Shown one piece after another: positions 1 through 13,192 of a stretch of 64,000 bases of DNA. The stretch lies in the NCBI GenBank assembly GCA_964016885.1, contig CAXHJY010000907.1, forward strand, positions 10,843 to 74,842, in the 5' to 3' direction. Source of the DNA: Eledone cirrhosa (taxonomy: Eukaryota). The position numbers and the translations under genes were made by a program. Within the stretch, counting starts at the first letter, position 1. Every line of letters starts with the position of its first letter. Under the pieces are notes generated by a model. That model worked only from the letters and a program-made list of their open reading frames with translations, was not told the origin of the DNA and searched no databases.

Positions 1-515
1 CAGTGTCATTCATTAGAAATATGGTAAGAGGGGGTCATAAGATCTGTTTTAACACTTGGGTATAGAATGCTGACTTAAGGCGAAAGATGCTGGGGATATT
101 TAGGAAAAATAAGGTAAATGAAGCATATGTGTATGCTTGTTTTATCACCATGGTCACATGTAAGAGCGTGCTGCAGATTCTTTTCTTTATTTAACTTCTT
201 GCAATTGGAATTGATGTTTACATATAGATGATGGGAGTCTTGTCACTAAGAGTAAGAGCCTACCATGTACAAATAAAGAATAATGTGCTTAGAACATGGA
301 CTTGAAAAGCAAATACAGTGAAAGGCTTTTTTTTCTGGACATAACTGAAGGAGGCAGCAAACTTCATTGTTAATAGGGTGTGGGCATGGAGGAGGGAGAC
401 CAAGGATTCTTACAGCTGCTGATATATAGTGAGGTAGATGATAATTCAAACAACTGTTATAATAATCTCTAGATTACAAAAACTCATAACAGTTAAGGTA
501 AATATAAAGATATAT

Positions 516-970
516 TAACCCTCTTGTGTTACTATATGTTTAATGAAAGACACTGCACTTTAAAAATAATCAAGAATTTTGGGGGATTTAGTAGCATAGC
601 TTTCTTCTCATTAACCCTTTAGCATTTATATTACTCTATAAATGCTATTGTATTTTTGTAGTAAAGGCTTTATCTTACATAATTATTTCACATAATTTCG
701 AATCTATGAGATTTTGATGTTATTTATTTTGAGAATAATATTTTAATGTTAGTATGAGCGGCCAGTTACAGCCTGTTTGAACAGAAAGAGGTGAGAGAAT
801 TCTGTCCGGATACGGCAGGTTTAAATGCTAAAGGGTTAAATTGGTGTTTGGAACATAATTTTAGGCTAAAGACTTTTTTAAACTATGAAGGAAAGTTTTT
901 AGATAAATATAAACACTTTAAAGAAAACAATTTTGTACTCTAGAACCAAAAGTGATGTTGACTAGAGTGT
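516..970 (+). mobile_element. TTAA MITE family B (~250-300 bp); further copies near 3216-3682, 5690-5905, 8790-9030, 11296-11515, 13921-14250, 17644-17927, 24120-24578, 25430-25605, 26090-26230, 26480-26705, 38290-38485, 40185-40362
   Basis: Shared consensus ttaaccct..taccatatttctaatgaaagacactgcctatgattttcaaa...tagaaccaggggcagtttcag..tttggtatcaaaagggttaa. Confidence 0.8.
615..835 (+). mobile_element. piggyBac-like MITE family A (~220 bp), nested in family B
   Basis: TTAA-ccctttagcattta ... taaatgctaaaggg-TTAA; strand is relative orientation only. Confidence 0.9.
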
Positions 971-974
971 GGTG

Positions 975-1800
975 AGAATATGAGAAAGTCAGAGTGTGGA
1001 AAGACAACTAACTCATTGAATGGATTTGAATAGAATATGTGTATGGATGGAAACATATTTAGTGTATTGCAGTAACATGACAAGAACACGGACACTAACA
1101 TTGCTAGAGACATTACAGTGTGTTTGATGACTGTGAAACATTCACTGACTTGGAGTAACAGCTATCAATTTTTTTATGAAGATAAAGGAATGTGGCATAG
1201 AAAATATTACAAACAAACTGTACATTAGTGATATGTTAAAGTTTGAAAGATGTGTGTGTATCAAAAAGTTTTAGGGACCTATGTTGTAAAGTTCAAAGGA
1301 CAGAGCTTTAAGAGATCTGTGTCATGACGTTTGGAGGTGGGGTGGAGCTCATTTCATAAATAATGTTAAAGAGCTGAGAAAGAAAGGTTTATGTTATGAG
1401 TGCTAAGCATTTCATGTGATGAAGGGAGATCTGAGGAAGGTAGAAAGAAAATGGATATGAATAAAAGTTACTAACAAACTAGTCATTAAAAGTGAAAAGA
1501 GTGAAAGGGCTAAAGATAGAATATCTGAGATGATAGGGGCTGAAATTAAAGTTGAAACAACTGGTATAAATAAATAGGAACAGCTAACTCTGCTATGATG
1601 AGGGGGAAGCAATGATGTTAAAGTGAGCTCATCTGATTATTAAGGCCATGTAAAACTGAAACATATGCAGTATAAAAACAAAGAGAGTTGTTTTATGAAA
1701 GAAGTGGGGTTACTATTAATAGGGAGACAGTGAAAACATCTGGAAAATGCAAGGAAAAAAAACCTGGGGCAACTTTTGAGGTCCCAATGGAAATGGGGAT
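975..1800 (-). mobile_element. Ancient CR1/Jockey-group LINE RT remnant
   Basis: Fragmentary minus-strand motifs (FPDVFTVSPI, HTDLLKL); very degenerate; may continue into 60-460. Confidence 0.35.
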
Positions 1801-2238
1801 TTAAATTGAAATAACAGTGAACAAGAAAATAGTGAAGGATCAGTTTTAGGTTTCAAGGATTTCCTTAACATGCCTAATATTTATATATTTATTCTAATGA
1901 GAAAGCCTTTTTCAGATAAAGAAAGATATGGAAAATGTGAAGATAAATATATAAGAAGTAGAGTAAAGCTGATACAGACACTGGCTGGCCAAAATATAAC
2001 GTTATATAAACAAAAAGGTTTAACAATTACCCTTCTTTCTTACTGTGGCCAATTAAAATTAGACAAATTTGCCTGGAATAGGGCTTACATCTACCTCAAG
2101 AGGAGAATAAAGACACATTATTTCTAAGTTGATCTCCCACCACCAACACAGCTGTCACCACTATGGTTTACTTATACTTAACGGAAATCTTTTTACTGTT
2201 TTCAATTTAAGGTTAATTTGTGTGTGTGTGTGTGTGTG

Positions 2239-2307
<69 letters not shown>

Positions 2308-2414
2308 GATATATAATGAAGCCAGCAGTCACTAATAGTAACCATACACATAGCAAGCTATATAAATTATTCTGATGTAGTTATTGACAGCACACACCCG
2401 CAATGCTTCCTTAA

Positions 2415-2727
2415 CCCTATAGCATTTACATTATTCTATATTTACTTTGCCTTTCATCCCTACAGGGTCGATAAAATAAAGTACCAGTAATGCACTGGGT
2501 AAGTGCTGGCCTTGTGCCAAAAGTAGAAACAATTATTCTATATTTACTATTGCATTTCCATAGAGTAAATACTTTATTTCACATAATTACTTCATATAAT
2601 ATTGAATCTATGAGATTTTGATATTATTAATTTTGAGAATAATACTTTAACATAAGTATGAGCAGCTGGTTATGGCAGAAAGAGGTGAGAATTCTGGCCG
2701 GATATGGCCGGTTTAAATGCAAAAGGG
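2415..2727 (+). mobile_element. piggyBac-like MITE family A interrupted by a SINE
   Basis: Same termini and body as 615-835; SINE at 2447-2531. Confidence 0.85.
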
Positions 2728-3374
2728 CTAATGTTCTGGCAAGGTATAGCCATGTGGTTAAGGAGTTTGCTTCACAACCACGTGGTTTCAGTATCAACCA
2801 CACTGCATGATACCAATCATACATGCACCACATACACTGTAGAAGATATAATAATAATAAAAAGTTGAAACAAATACTGCATTGAATTTTTCTGATGCTC
2901 TACCAATTCTGCCAATCTACAGCCTTTGAAATGATTTCTTTATTAGCCACAACACAGAGTGGGTTTTATATGGAGTAAAGGAAAGGAGACATCAATAAAG
3001 TGAAATCAGTAGGTATAACAATGATAGTATTTGTAATAAATAGTCATAACAATAGAAAACAGTAACAACTGTCAGTTAGGAGGAGGGTGGGCATTTTAGG
3101 ATAATTCTATGAAGAACCATTCACCCACAAAACTCTGGATTACTCTATTTCCATATGGGAGGAGAAGAAGAAGTACCAAATGTAAAAAACACATTGTATC
3201 TTAACTAAATTGATTTAAAAACATTCATTTAACTATTCGTGATTATATTTCTAATGAAATACACACTATTTCAATTAATTAATTAATGAAGAATTTTGAA
3301 GGATTTACTAAGATTATAAATTATTTCATTAACATATGGCTCTTAAAATTATGTTGGAAGATTTTTCAATTTAA

Positions 3375-3594
3375 CACTTTAGCATTTAAACCAACCATAT
3401 CCAGCCAGAATTCTCTCACCTCTTTCTGTTCAAACTGGCTGTAACTGGCCACTCATACTGACATTAAGGTATTATTCTCAAAATAAATAATATCAAAATC
3501 TCATAGATTTGATATTATGGAAGATATTATGTGAGGTAAAGCCTTTACCATGAAAATATAATAGTAAATATAAAGTAATGTACATGCCAAAAGG
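3375..3594 (-). mobile_element. piggyBac-like MITE family A, nested in family B (3216-3682)
   Basis: Reverse-complement body gaattctctcacctctttctgttcaaac; TTAA at both ends. Confidence 0.88.
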
Positions 3595-4715
3595 TTAAAT
3601 AGGAGGAACCCTTTAAAATGGGTGGTTTTTGTTGCATAGAATCAGAGCCAGTTTTGACCAGGGTTAGTGTGAAAAGAGTTAAACACCGAATAAGCACCAC
3701 ATTGTATATACACTTTCGTACCACATGTTAGAAATTGTACATGATTACCAGTGAAATAAAATTAAAAACCTGGAGAAAAGAATCTATCTTTATCTATTGC
3801 TATTCACATTATTGTAGAAGCCAGACACTCACAGAGCAAGCAGGTGTTACAAGTAATTGGTTATTCAAGGGTTAATTCTCAAACTGAGTTAATAGATAAA
3901 TTGAGACTTTTTTTTATATACTTTCTTAAACTATGAAGAAAATAGATGCACAAATAATAACAATAATATTAATAATAATGCTTTCTTTATTAATAATAAT
4001 AATGTTCGATGGAAAGGAATCAATTCTTGGTAAAATTAATATAGATTGATGATTTGGTTCACTATTTCTTCTTGCATTCATTCCATTTTCTATGTATTTT
4101 CTTTCTGTGAGAGTCAACAGGGAAGCTTTGCAGGGTTCTTCAAAGTAAAATATTCTTTTGAGAGACCCCCTCCTCCCTGCAGCAATATTTATAAACTGCA
4201 AGTAGCATTCTTCCCCGCCACTCCTCATGCAGCTTTTGTACACATGCACACACTCAGGGGTGCTGCTTCTCTTGGCACTGTCTACAGTTACGGGTTTAGG
4301 TTTGTCTGGATCACTCACCCACATTCATTCAGTGAAGGTGTGATACGCACAAACACATTCACACTAACATGCACTCACATACATTAATGCAAACACAACC
4401 ACAGTTACACACACACACACACACGCACACAATCTCATGTTAAAAAGAATCAGATCTTTGAAATCATGAAAAAGGTGGTATATCAGGATAGTAAATTCAT
4501 ATGGGGTTGCTACACTTCATAAAAGCAGTGATGATGAGGGCAGTGGTGATAGTAGTGATTGTGGTGGCAATGGTAATGGGGATGTTGGTGATGGTGATAA
4601 AAAGAAATGATAATCTCTCCAATTTTCATATTGTATTTGATACTGAGAGGAGATGGTGTATTGCACGAGATCGGTGATTGTTAAAAATGTCGGCAAGCTC
4701 ACCAAATTTACTTAC

Positions 4716-4779
4716 ATGAAGCAACAGTGGGAACATTTGATCTCCATTCACATAGAGAGCAATTTGAAACAACATAGCA
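4716..4779 (-). other. Candidate 64-nt exon
   Basis: ~60-nt polypyrimidine tract + ctcAG, CAT|GTAAGT donor; two open frames (AMLFQIALYVNGDQMFPLLLH or CYVVSNCSLCEWRSNVPTVAS). Confidence 0.6.
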
Positions 4780-5469
4780 CTGAGAGTAATGAGAAAAAGA
4801 GATAGAAGAAAGAGAGAGTGAATGAGAGAGAAGAGAAGGAGAGTGAATGAGATGGAGCGTACACAGGAGAGAAATTAAAGCAATTGCTTTGGGCTCGTCT
4901 ATTTGATCATAGAATTCATACACATAAACTGAGTGAATTCATTATAATGGCTCACTGGGAGAAAGCAAAACACTGGAACCACTTCAGATACACACACATA
5001 TGTAATGATTGTAATACTGCAGATAAATGTGTCACCTGGCAATGCCAACTGTGTATACATATTGATTTTGTTTGACTAAGAACAAAAGGAAAAGGATATG
5101 TGATGTGATGTGATGTGGCACACATGCCTTTCCTTAAACACGTAGCAGTATAAATGAACTGAAATTGTTTCACCTAGCAGTTGAAAACAAGTGGGACATT
5201 TAACTTGTTGGAACTTAATCCTATTCTAGTAATTTTACTACAAACACTAGAAATACTGATTTCTTATAATTTGTATTATGGAATATACACTCAATTGAAT
5301 TGACACCAGTATATGACTAACTTATTGATCCTGGAAGGATGAAGGGAAAAAGGCAACTTTGGCAAGAAAGAAACAAAATAATGAAAAGCATTTAGTTTAG
5401 TACTCTGCTACTGCCTGTATCAATCCTTTCATGATCAAACTGCCTTATGGTACTGAGCTATTTATATTA

Positions 5470-5683
5470 TAAGGGGGTGCTGAAAAGTTCCTGGCTTTGG
5501 GTAAAAGAAAATATAGGAGGATCAGTTACCTATGATTTTATTCAACATATTCCCCTCTCAGATTCACACACTTATTGCAGTGGTCCTTCAGTTTTTCTAA
5601 GCCTGGTAAAAATAACTCAAAAGGTTGGGCCTCCAACCAGGCCTGTGTTACTCTTAAAGCCAGGAACTTTTCAGCATCCTTTG
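5470..5683. mobile_element. Mariner-derived MITE
   Basis: TIRs agggggtgctgaaaagttcctggcttt / aaagccaggaacttttcagcatcctt; TA on both sides. Confidence 0.88.
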
Positions 5684-7004
5684 TAAAGTGCTTATATTCA
5701 TCTAAAAGCCTTCCAACATAATTTTATGTAAGAACCGTTGTCAAGCGAAGTTCCAAACACCAGTTTAATAATGAGAAAGTTAGTTATCTTAAATCCCAGT
5801 AAATTCTTGAATATTAAAAAAATTACTTGAAAACTATAGGCAGCATCTTTCATTAGAAATATAAGGAAAGGTGTTAAATAATAATTTGGTTTCTATAAAA
5901 GGTTAAAGTAAATTTATGAAGGATAACAACAACTAAGACATTGATTGAGAGTAGTTATCATAGCAGCCATTGGCAGATATTGAAATTGAAGGAACATTAA
6001 AGTATCTTGAAGAGTCAAGTAAATACACTACTTCAAAGCTCCACCCAAAAAATTTCAAAAGAAATAGAAATTTTGCTTTTCATTTGTATTATTCTGTATT
6101 TATTGCAATAGAATACAAATCATGATATTTAATCAACAACTGGCTGACTTATTATACAAATGAAATACTTGTTTAAAAACCATGTAATGTTGATATATAT
6201 ATCATGAATCTTGTTCTTTGATATGATTAATGATAACCAGCATTAGTTTTTCACAATGTCAGGTAGTAAAGATACAATAAACAAAACACATTAGCAAAAC
6301 ATTCTTGAAAAGTAGAAAGCAACATTATAACTGCCTCACATTAAAAATTGAAGTCTTTACTCTCATACAGCAAATTGTCATAATGATCTGTCCAATAGTA
6401 AAGATATTACAAACAAAGATATTATTAACAAAGACATGTTTTGGAGATAAGCTCCATCTCTGGATGTCATTCAAAGCCCTATTTATAAAAAAACAAGAAC
6501 TCCCAAAACATGCATGATTCCCTACAACAGAATTCAATTATGATAATAAAACATTATATTAGTACTATCAACAGTTGATGTGCTGTCATAGAAGGAAATA
6601 CAAAGAGCTTGACAAGACACTCTCATGTCAGCCTCAGAGTTGAGAAGATGGATGTGAAACACAGCTAAAATAAAAGAGGAAGACCAAAGAAAGAAATATT
6701 TCATCCTCATATCAGAGCCAACAACAAAGATTGTGCATGCAATGCAGCTGAAGTCAAAGTTTACTCTAAAAACATTCGTGCTTGTAAACAAAATAAATCA
6801 GGGAATGCATGTATAATGGCAAATTTGTAGAGCCAGTAGGATGTAGGGCAAAATGTCTTGTGGTATTTATTCTGGCTCTGTGCGCTCTGAGTTCAACTTT
6901 GCTTTTCTTCCTTTCAGGGTTAATGAAATAAAGTACCAGTACAAGACAGTAGTGGATTGGGTAAATTATTAGTGTTAGACAAAATGTCTTGTATTATTTG
7001 TTCT

Positions 7005-7180
7005 ATTGGCAGTATCGGTAGAGGGTCGGACGCCATGCTTTCCAGCATAGTTATGTCCCTTTACGATCTGAGTTCAAATCCCGCCGAGGTTGACTTTGCC
7101 TTTCATCCTTACGGGGTCGATAAAATAAAGTACCAGTAATGCACTGGGTAATTGCTGGCCTTGTGCCTAAAGTAGAAACA
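7005..7180 (+). mobile_element. Young SINE copy inserted in an older SINE
   Basis: Closely similar to 42807-42980; 12-bp TSD attatttgttct (6993-7004 / 7181-7192). Confidence 0.9.
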
Positions 7181-8475
7181 ATTATTTGTTCTCTACACTC
7201 TGAGTTCAAATACCACTGTGGCCAACTTAATTTGATACTTGGGCACCTGTTGCAAGCATTCATGTTCAGACTCTGGTTTAATAATGTCTTCCCCATCAGT
7301 CTCAGAAGCCCTAAAAAATATCATGGGCACTATCCCTCCCTTCCTCCCTGATTAAACAATAAATCTAAAAAAATGCAAGTTGTGTATTTAAGCATTTAAA
7401 GAGATTTATTCTGGAGACCAGGGTATCACACATAATTATGAGAATGAAATACTACTGTTTACGCAGTTTCCTTGCCTAATACACATGGGTACAGTTGTGA
7501 TTCTCCACTTGCCTACATGACTGCATCTTCCACTAGTGTGTCATTGGTGTCTGGAAGGAGTCTTGGCCATGCCATGCTGGTGTAAAATCTTTATCATTGT
7601 GAGAACACACAAGACACTAGACCTTTGAATGTCATAAGGAATAGAGTGAAGAAAACCATTAGCAACCATATTATTGTGGATCACTAAAATCTTGTGACCA
7701 TCTCATCTTTAATTTTGATTTAGATTTTCGTTTCAATTCTTCACTTAAGTCTACAACAGATTACTTCAAGAAATTTCTAGATAGCTAAATATGTTAATCA
7801 CAGAGATTATACTAGGTCATTTAGTACTACCCCACCCCTTTAAAAAAGAAACACACTAGCTGTTGGGTATAAAACCTTAAATACCCCTGACATGATGCAC
7901 TATTCCAGTTGTTAAATGTCACTCATCTTTCTTTTTTAACCAAAAGTTTCTGTTCTTTGCAGTTTTAGACTTAAGGCTACAAAGGTTTCTCCATATTTCC
8001 TCCTACTAATTACTGAGAATCTCATTTACAGCACCATTTAATGCACGCACATGGACACATAATGTAATATAGAATTTAAATCATTGAATAATGTTGGCAC
8101 TTGTGTTTATGATAGACATTACTGTTTATAGTAAACTTGCTTAGCTTCATGTAATCAATACCAACAGGCAGTTAATGCAACGTATTTTCTTCTTATTTCA
8201 TTACATTTTACTGTTGATAGTAAATTTGAAAAGCTACATAGCAATCTCCAAATCTATAACATTACTGGCAAAATTCAATTGTAGCAGAAGATGAAAGCTT
8301 CATTATGGGAGTAGGAGAATCAAAAATAGCACAGGATTTACATTAAGAAAACTCGTGACTATTATACAACCTGACCAAAATGTTTTTTTGAATTGACAAA
8401 TATTACATATAAAGAGAATAGGATTAAGATTTTCTCAAATAGTGTTTCTAAAAGAAGCAAAGTATTGTCATGGTA

Positions 8476-8512
<37 letters not shown>

Positions 8513-10627
8513 CATAAACATCAGGAGTTCAAATCTTACTATAGCTATTATGTTGTACTTCTAAACAAGTGACAAAATAACTCTTGCCTCAGTTTGCTTG
8601 GTCAACAAAAACCAACTAGTTTTATAAAAAAAAACAAAAAAACTATAGAATAAGTATTTAGATATAAAGTCACTGATAACACAACTAGAAGAACATTTAT
8701 ATTCTAAATTTACAAAATCTTAAACCACTTGTTCTAGATCAGTGGAAAATTTTTTTTATGGTTTTGCAAGTTTAGACCACATTTTGCATAACTTTTGATT
8801 CCAAACCACCTGAAATTGCATCAGATTCTATGATACAAAGTTGTTTATATTTACCTAGAAACCTTCCATTATAATTATATCTAAGAACCTTTGTTAAGTA
8901 ACGTTCCAAATACTAGCATAAGTTACAGTATTTAGTAGTTACATTACTAAATTCTTTAATATTCTTGATTATCTAAAAAGATTTTGAAATTATAGGGAGT
9001 GTCTTTCATTAGAAATCTGGTAATGAAATAAATAAAATTAAGTCTTGTATCTCAACTATGTCATGGCACATGAATTACAATTAAAATGTCACCTCATTGG
9101 TGACATGATAAAATGCACCTAGTACATTCTGTAAAGTGGTTGGTGTTAGAAAGGGCACTGAGGCATAGGAAACTTGCCAAAAAGGTAGAGATGACTTTTC
9201 AATTGTGTCAAAAGCATGTTGACTTCTCTATTGCTGATGCCATGATAAAATGAACAGTTTATTCTGTCGAGCACAAGATCAGTGGTTCTGATTAAGTACT
9301 GACTTGGTCTGTGATGACCTGTCCAAACTTTGCTAGCATGCAAAAATGGCTGTTAAATGATAATGATTCTGTTACTTTACCAATGAAAGAAAAGGACACA
9401 CTAAAATATTACAAAATATGGACAAATTTCTATTCAGTGTCTCACACATAAGCAAACACTGCACCTCAAAGTGTGAAACCTTGATTTAGATGTGATTGAA
9501 CAGGTCATATTTTAAGAATTGTATGTGTGTGTGTGAGAGCCCACAAAACATTTGATTGACTAACTCTGTGTCAGAGTATTACAGAAAGCCTACTCATTAT
9601 CATTTTGAACATTGAAACTCAAGTTTTACCAAACTTCTTAAATCTTTTTAAAGAAATTTGTCATGACATCCACACCCCCACCGTTTGGTAAAACAAATTA
9701 TTTTAATGACAAAATATTTTGGTATGTTTATTTTAAAATTTTTTGATTTGTTTCTAAATGTACAGTCGCAAAGTTTTATTTTTTGAGGGAAACATTGCAA
9801 TAATTATCAAATAATCCTAAATCTAACTAAATAAAATAAGTTACTTTCACTCATGACCCCTTCTTAGGGAAGGCCCACATTAACTAATGATTTATTTATC
9901 AAACCTAATGAATTAATACAACTAAATATCTGTCAGGTATATTTTGGTGTTAATAATAAGCTATTTTATAACAAGATGTCATGAGAGTATAGCAAGTTGG
10001 ATATTTGCATTGCTATAAGGAGAAAAAAAGATTTTTTCTTTGATACTACTTTAGAATCATCATCTCATGATCAATTTTCTTTCCCTTTAAATTTTAGGTT
10101 CTATTTATAAGTGCATGGAAGATTTATCCATGTTAACCTCTGTCGATTCTAGTTGAAATTATTATGCATGTGGCTGAGTGTTCCATACGCATGCATACCC
10201 GTAATGTAGTTCCTAAGGAGATTTGATGTAACAGAGTGTGCAACAAGGCTAGCCTTTGAATTACAGGTACAACTCATTTTTGCCAGCTGGGTGGACATAA
10301 AGCATCGTGAAATAAAGTGTCTTGCTCAAGATCACAAAGTTTCAACAGAAATTGAACTCACAATCATAAGCCAAACACTCTAACCACTAAGCTACATGCC
10401 TTCACCACATCCACACACAACTTAACAAACCCAGAGGCATTTTTTCCATGTCAAATACAAGCCATACTACTTGTTTACTTAAAATTAGAATTTTCATAAC
10501 ACATGGAGAGGCTGCTTAAATTTGTTTGTCTAGAATTATGCAGAATCAACACAAATTTGCTCATGAATAAGACACAAAGTTACCACAGGTAACTTTATCC
10601 AGACAAGTGTGGAACCCATTCAACTAC

Positions 10628-10872
10628 TTAACCATACCACCTGAAACTGCCCCTGGTTCTGATACAAAACTGTTTATTTTAAAGTCTTTAGATTTTATAA
10701 AAATTATCATAACTATATGTAAGAACCTTTGTTAAGTTATGTTCCAAACAATAGATTAATTACAAGAAAGTTAGTTATAATACTAAATCCCTTAAATTCT
10801 TATTTTCAAAATTATTTGTAAATCATAGGCAGAGTCTTTCATTAGAAATAAAAATGGTAATGAAAGTGTTAA
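10628..10872 (-). mobile_element. TTAA MITE family B
   Basis: Reverse complement of family B consensus with TTAA ends. Confidence 0.8.
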
Positions 10873-11896
10873 GGAAAAAAGAAAAGAAAAATGATCAGAT
10901 CAGTTAAATGATGCCATAAACAGGGGCATTGAATTAGATTTTTGTGAAGAAATGTTGTGCACAGTTACTGATATTATATTTTGCATGCATCAATGGTTTT
11001 TATAATAAGAAAAAAGAAAAACAGTGAAGGTGATAGGGTCAGTGGGAGTGATGGAGCAATGAAAATGGCTTTTAAAATGTAGCCTCCTCCATTTACAATT
11101 TAATTTAGTTGAACAGTAGTAGAATTGGCAGAAAGCCATATGTTTTTGGCTATGAACTAACACAGATGATGTGATACATAACATCAATGATGGTCTATAA
11201 TTTGGTCAGTAGAATTGAGCAGAGCCAGGAAAGTACAACTAAGAAAGGTTATAACAACAACGACAATTTCAAACTTTGGCACAAGGCCACAGATTTTAAC
11301 CCTTCATTACTATATTTCTAATGAAAGACACTGCCTATGATTTTCAAATCATTTTGAAAATTATCAAGAATTTGAAGGGATTTAGTAATATAACTAATTT
11401 TCTCAGTTAGTTATATTACATTAGTTGGTGTTTGGAACCTAACTAATGTTCTTACATGGGAAATGTGATAAATGTAAGCACTTTACGAGAAATAGTTTTG
11501 TATAGTAGAACTAGTACTTGACTGGTACTTTATTTTATCAAACCCCTCCATAAGAAAGGCAAAAATTCAACCTAGGTAGGATTTGAATGCAAAATATAAA
11601 GAGGAGGTAAATACCACAAGGTATTAGGCACTCAACCAATTCTGCCATCCACTATTATAATAATAATAATGATTTCGAATTTAAGCACAAGGTCAGCAAT
11701 TTTGGAAGCGGGGAGTCAATTAAATCAATCCCCAGTTTTTGACTGCTACTTTATTTTATCAACCCTGGATAGATAAAAGGCAAAGCTGAAACAAGTACTG
11801 CTAAGCAAGTACTGGTGGTCTAACAGCTCTGCCAAACCCATAATAATTTCAAACATAGGCTCTAGCTGAGCAAGGTAGTCAATCATATCAATCCCA

Positions 11897-12344
11897 ATGG
11901 AAAGGAGTGATTGGAAGGAATGGCAATCCTGATCTAAATACTAATTGATAGGCCTTACTAGCAATGGACTCTCTATTATGAACACCTTCTTCCAGCATGG
12001 AGACATCCACAAATATATATGGTATAAGGGTAATCAAGGACAGAGATCAATAATTGATTTTGTTATTGCCTCTGATCTCTTTGATTTGGGGTTGGGTATC
12101 TGTGTTGAAGGAGAGGCTCAGCTGTCAACTGATCACCATTTAGTTATTTGCAACTTGAGACTACATAAAGCCATAGAAGGCCACAAAGCTGGCAGGTCCA
12201 GGTCAACCTACAGGATACAGTGGGAAGCATTGGTGGATAAATAAGTCAGGACCAGGTATGCAGATACTATTGCATCCAAATTCAGAGAACTCCCTGAGCA
12301 AACTAGATATGTTGAAACAGAGTGGAGACTGTTTACATCAGCAG
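11897..12344 (+). mobile_element. RTE/Expander-type LINE endonuclease fragment inserted in a SINE
   Basis: ORF 11945-12244 with GLSIMNTFFQH..KYIW..RSIIDFVI..LSTDHHLV (APE C-terminal motifs); flanked by aatccca direct repeat. Confidence 0.85.
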
Positions 12345-12974
12345 AATCCCAGTACTTGACTGGTACTATAATTTATTGTTCCTAGAAGAACTCACCAGCT
12401 TCAAAACAATATTTTGTTAACTAAATGAAATATAAACAAATAATTAACAAAATGTGGGAAAAGGAATTGTAAGAATTATTAGCCTGTTTATATTAACATC
12501 TACATATCAGTCTATATACACCAACACCTACACGTATGTGCGTGTGTATGCATGTATATATATAATCTCAACCGCAGCGCACAGTGGTTTCAGCAAGCCT
12601 TTTCAAAGGTGTAGTCTACATGAGTACTCCCATGATTAATGGTCTCCCCGGTCACAGCACCACAGACTCTCTCTCTCTATGTATTTATATATAGGCTTCT
12701 GCATATATATATATATATAGTCTTCTGCATATTTTTTGTCTATCAAATTCCCCCTCACAACATATTTTAGTCAACCCAAAGATAGTCACTCAAGGTGCCG
12801 CATTGTGGAATTGATCCTGGAACATACACATATACATAGAAAATATTATAATTTTCATTTTCCATTGCATGATGTTGCAAAATCAATTCTATTAAAATAT
12901 TGATTTTAAAAAAAATACTAATTTAATAAAACTTGCTTATTTATAAACAATGTTGTTGACTTACGAAACATTAA

Positions 12975-13192
12975 GAGAAATTTGAAATGTGTGCATCCCA
13001 ACGAAAATGACCATAATAATAGTCAGTTACTATAAATAATAGTTGAAGTATCAACAGAGAGTGTAAAAAATGGGCAGCACCTATGTTCACTTTTTTCATC
13101 TCCATGGCAATTGTACTTGATTTTCACAACTGTATATAGTGATTGATTATTGTTATGGTCATTTGCATTGGGATGCACACATTTCAAGTTGC
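12975..13192. mobile_element. Long-TIR foldback MITE (second copy 32974-33183)
   Basis: ~55-bp TIR ttgaaatgtgtgcatcccaa..aaatgaccataataata..gttactata / tatagtgattgattattgttatggtcatttgcattgggatgcacacatttcaa. Confidence 0.75.

Noticed and set aside
3926-4387. Overlapping 132-aa and 113-aa ORFs
   Set aside because: No recognisable domain, low-complexity ends; more consistent with regulatory/UTR sequence
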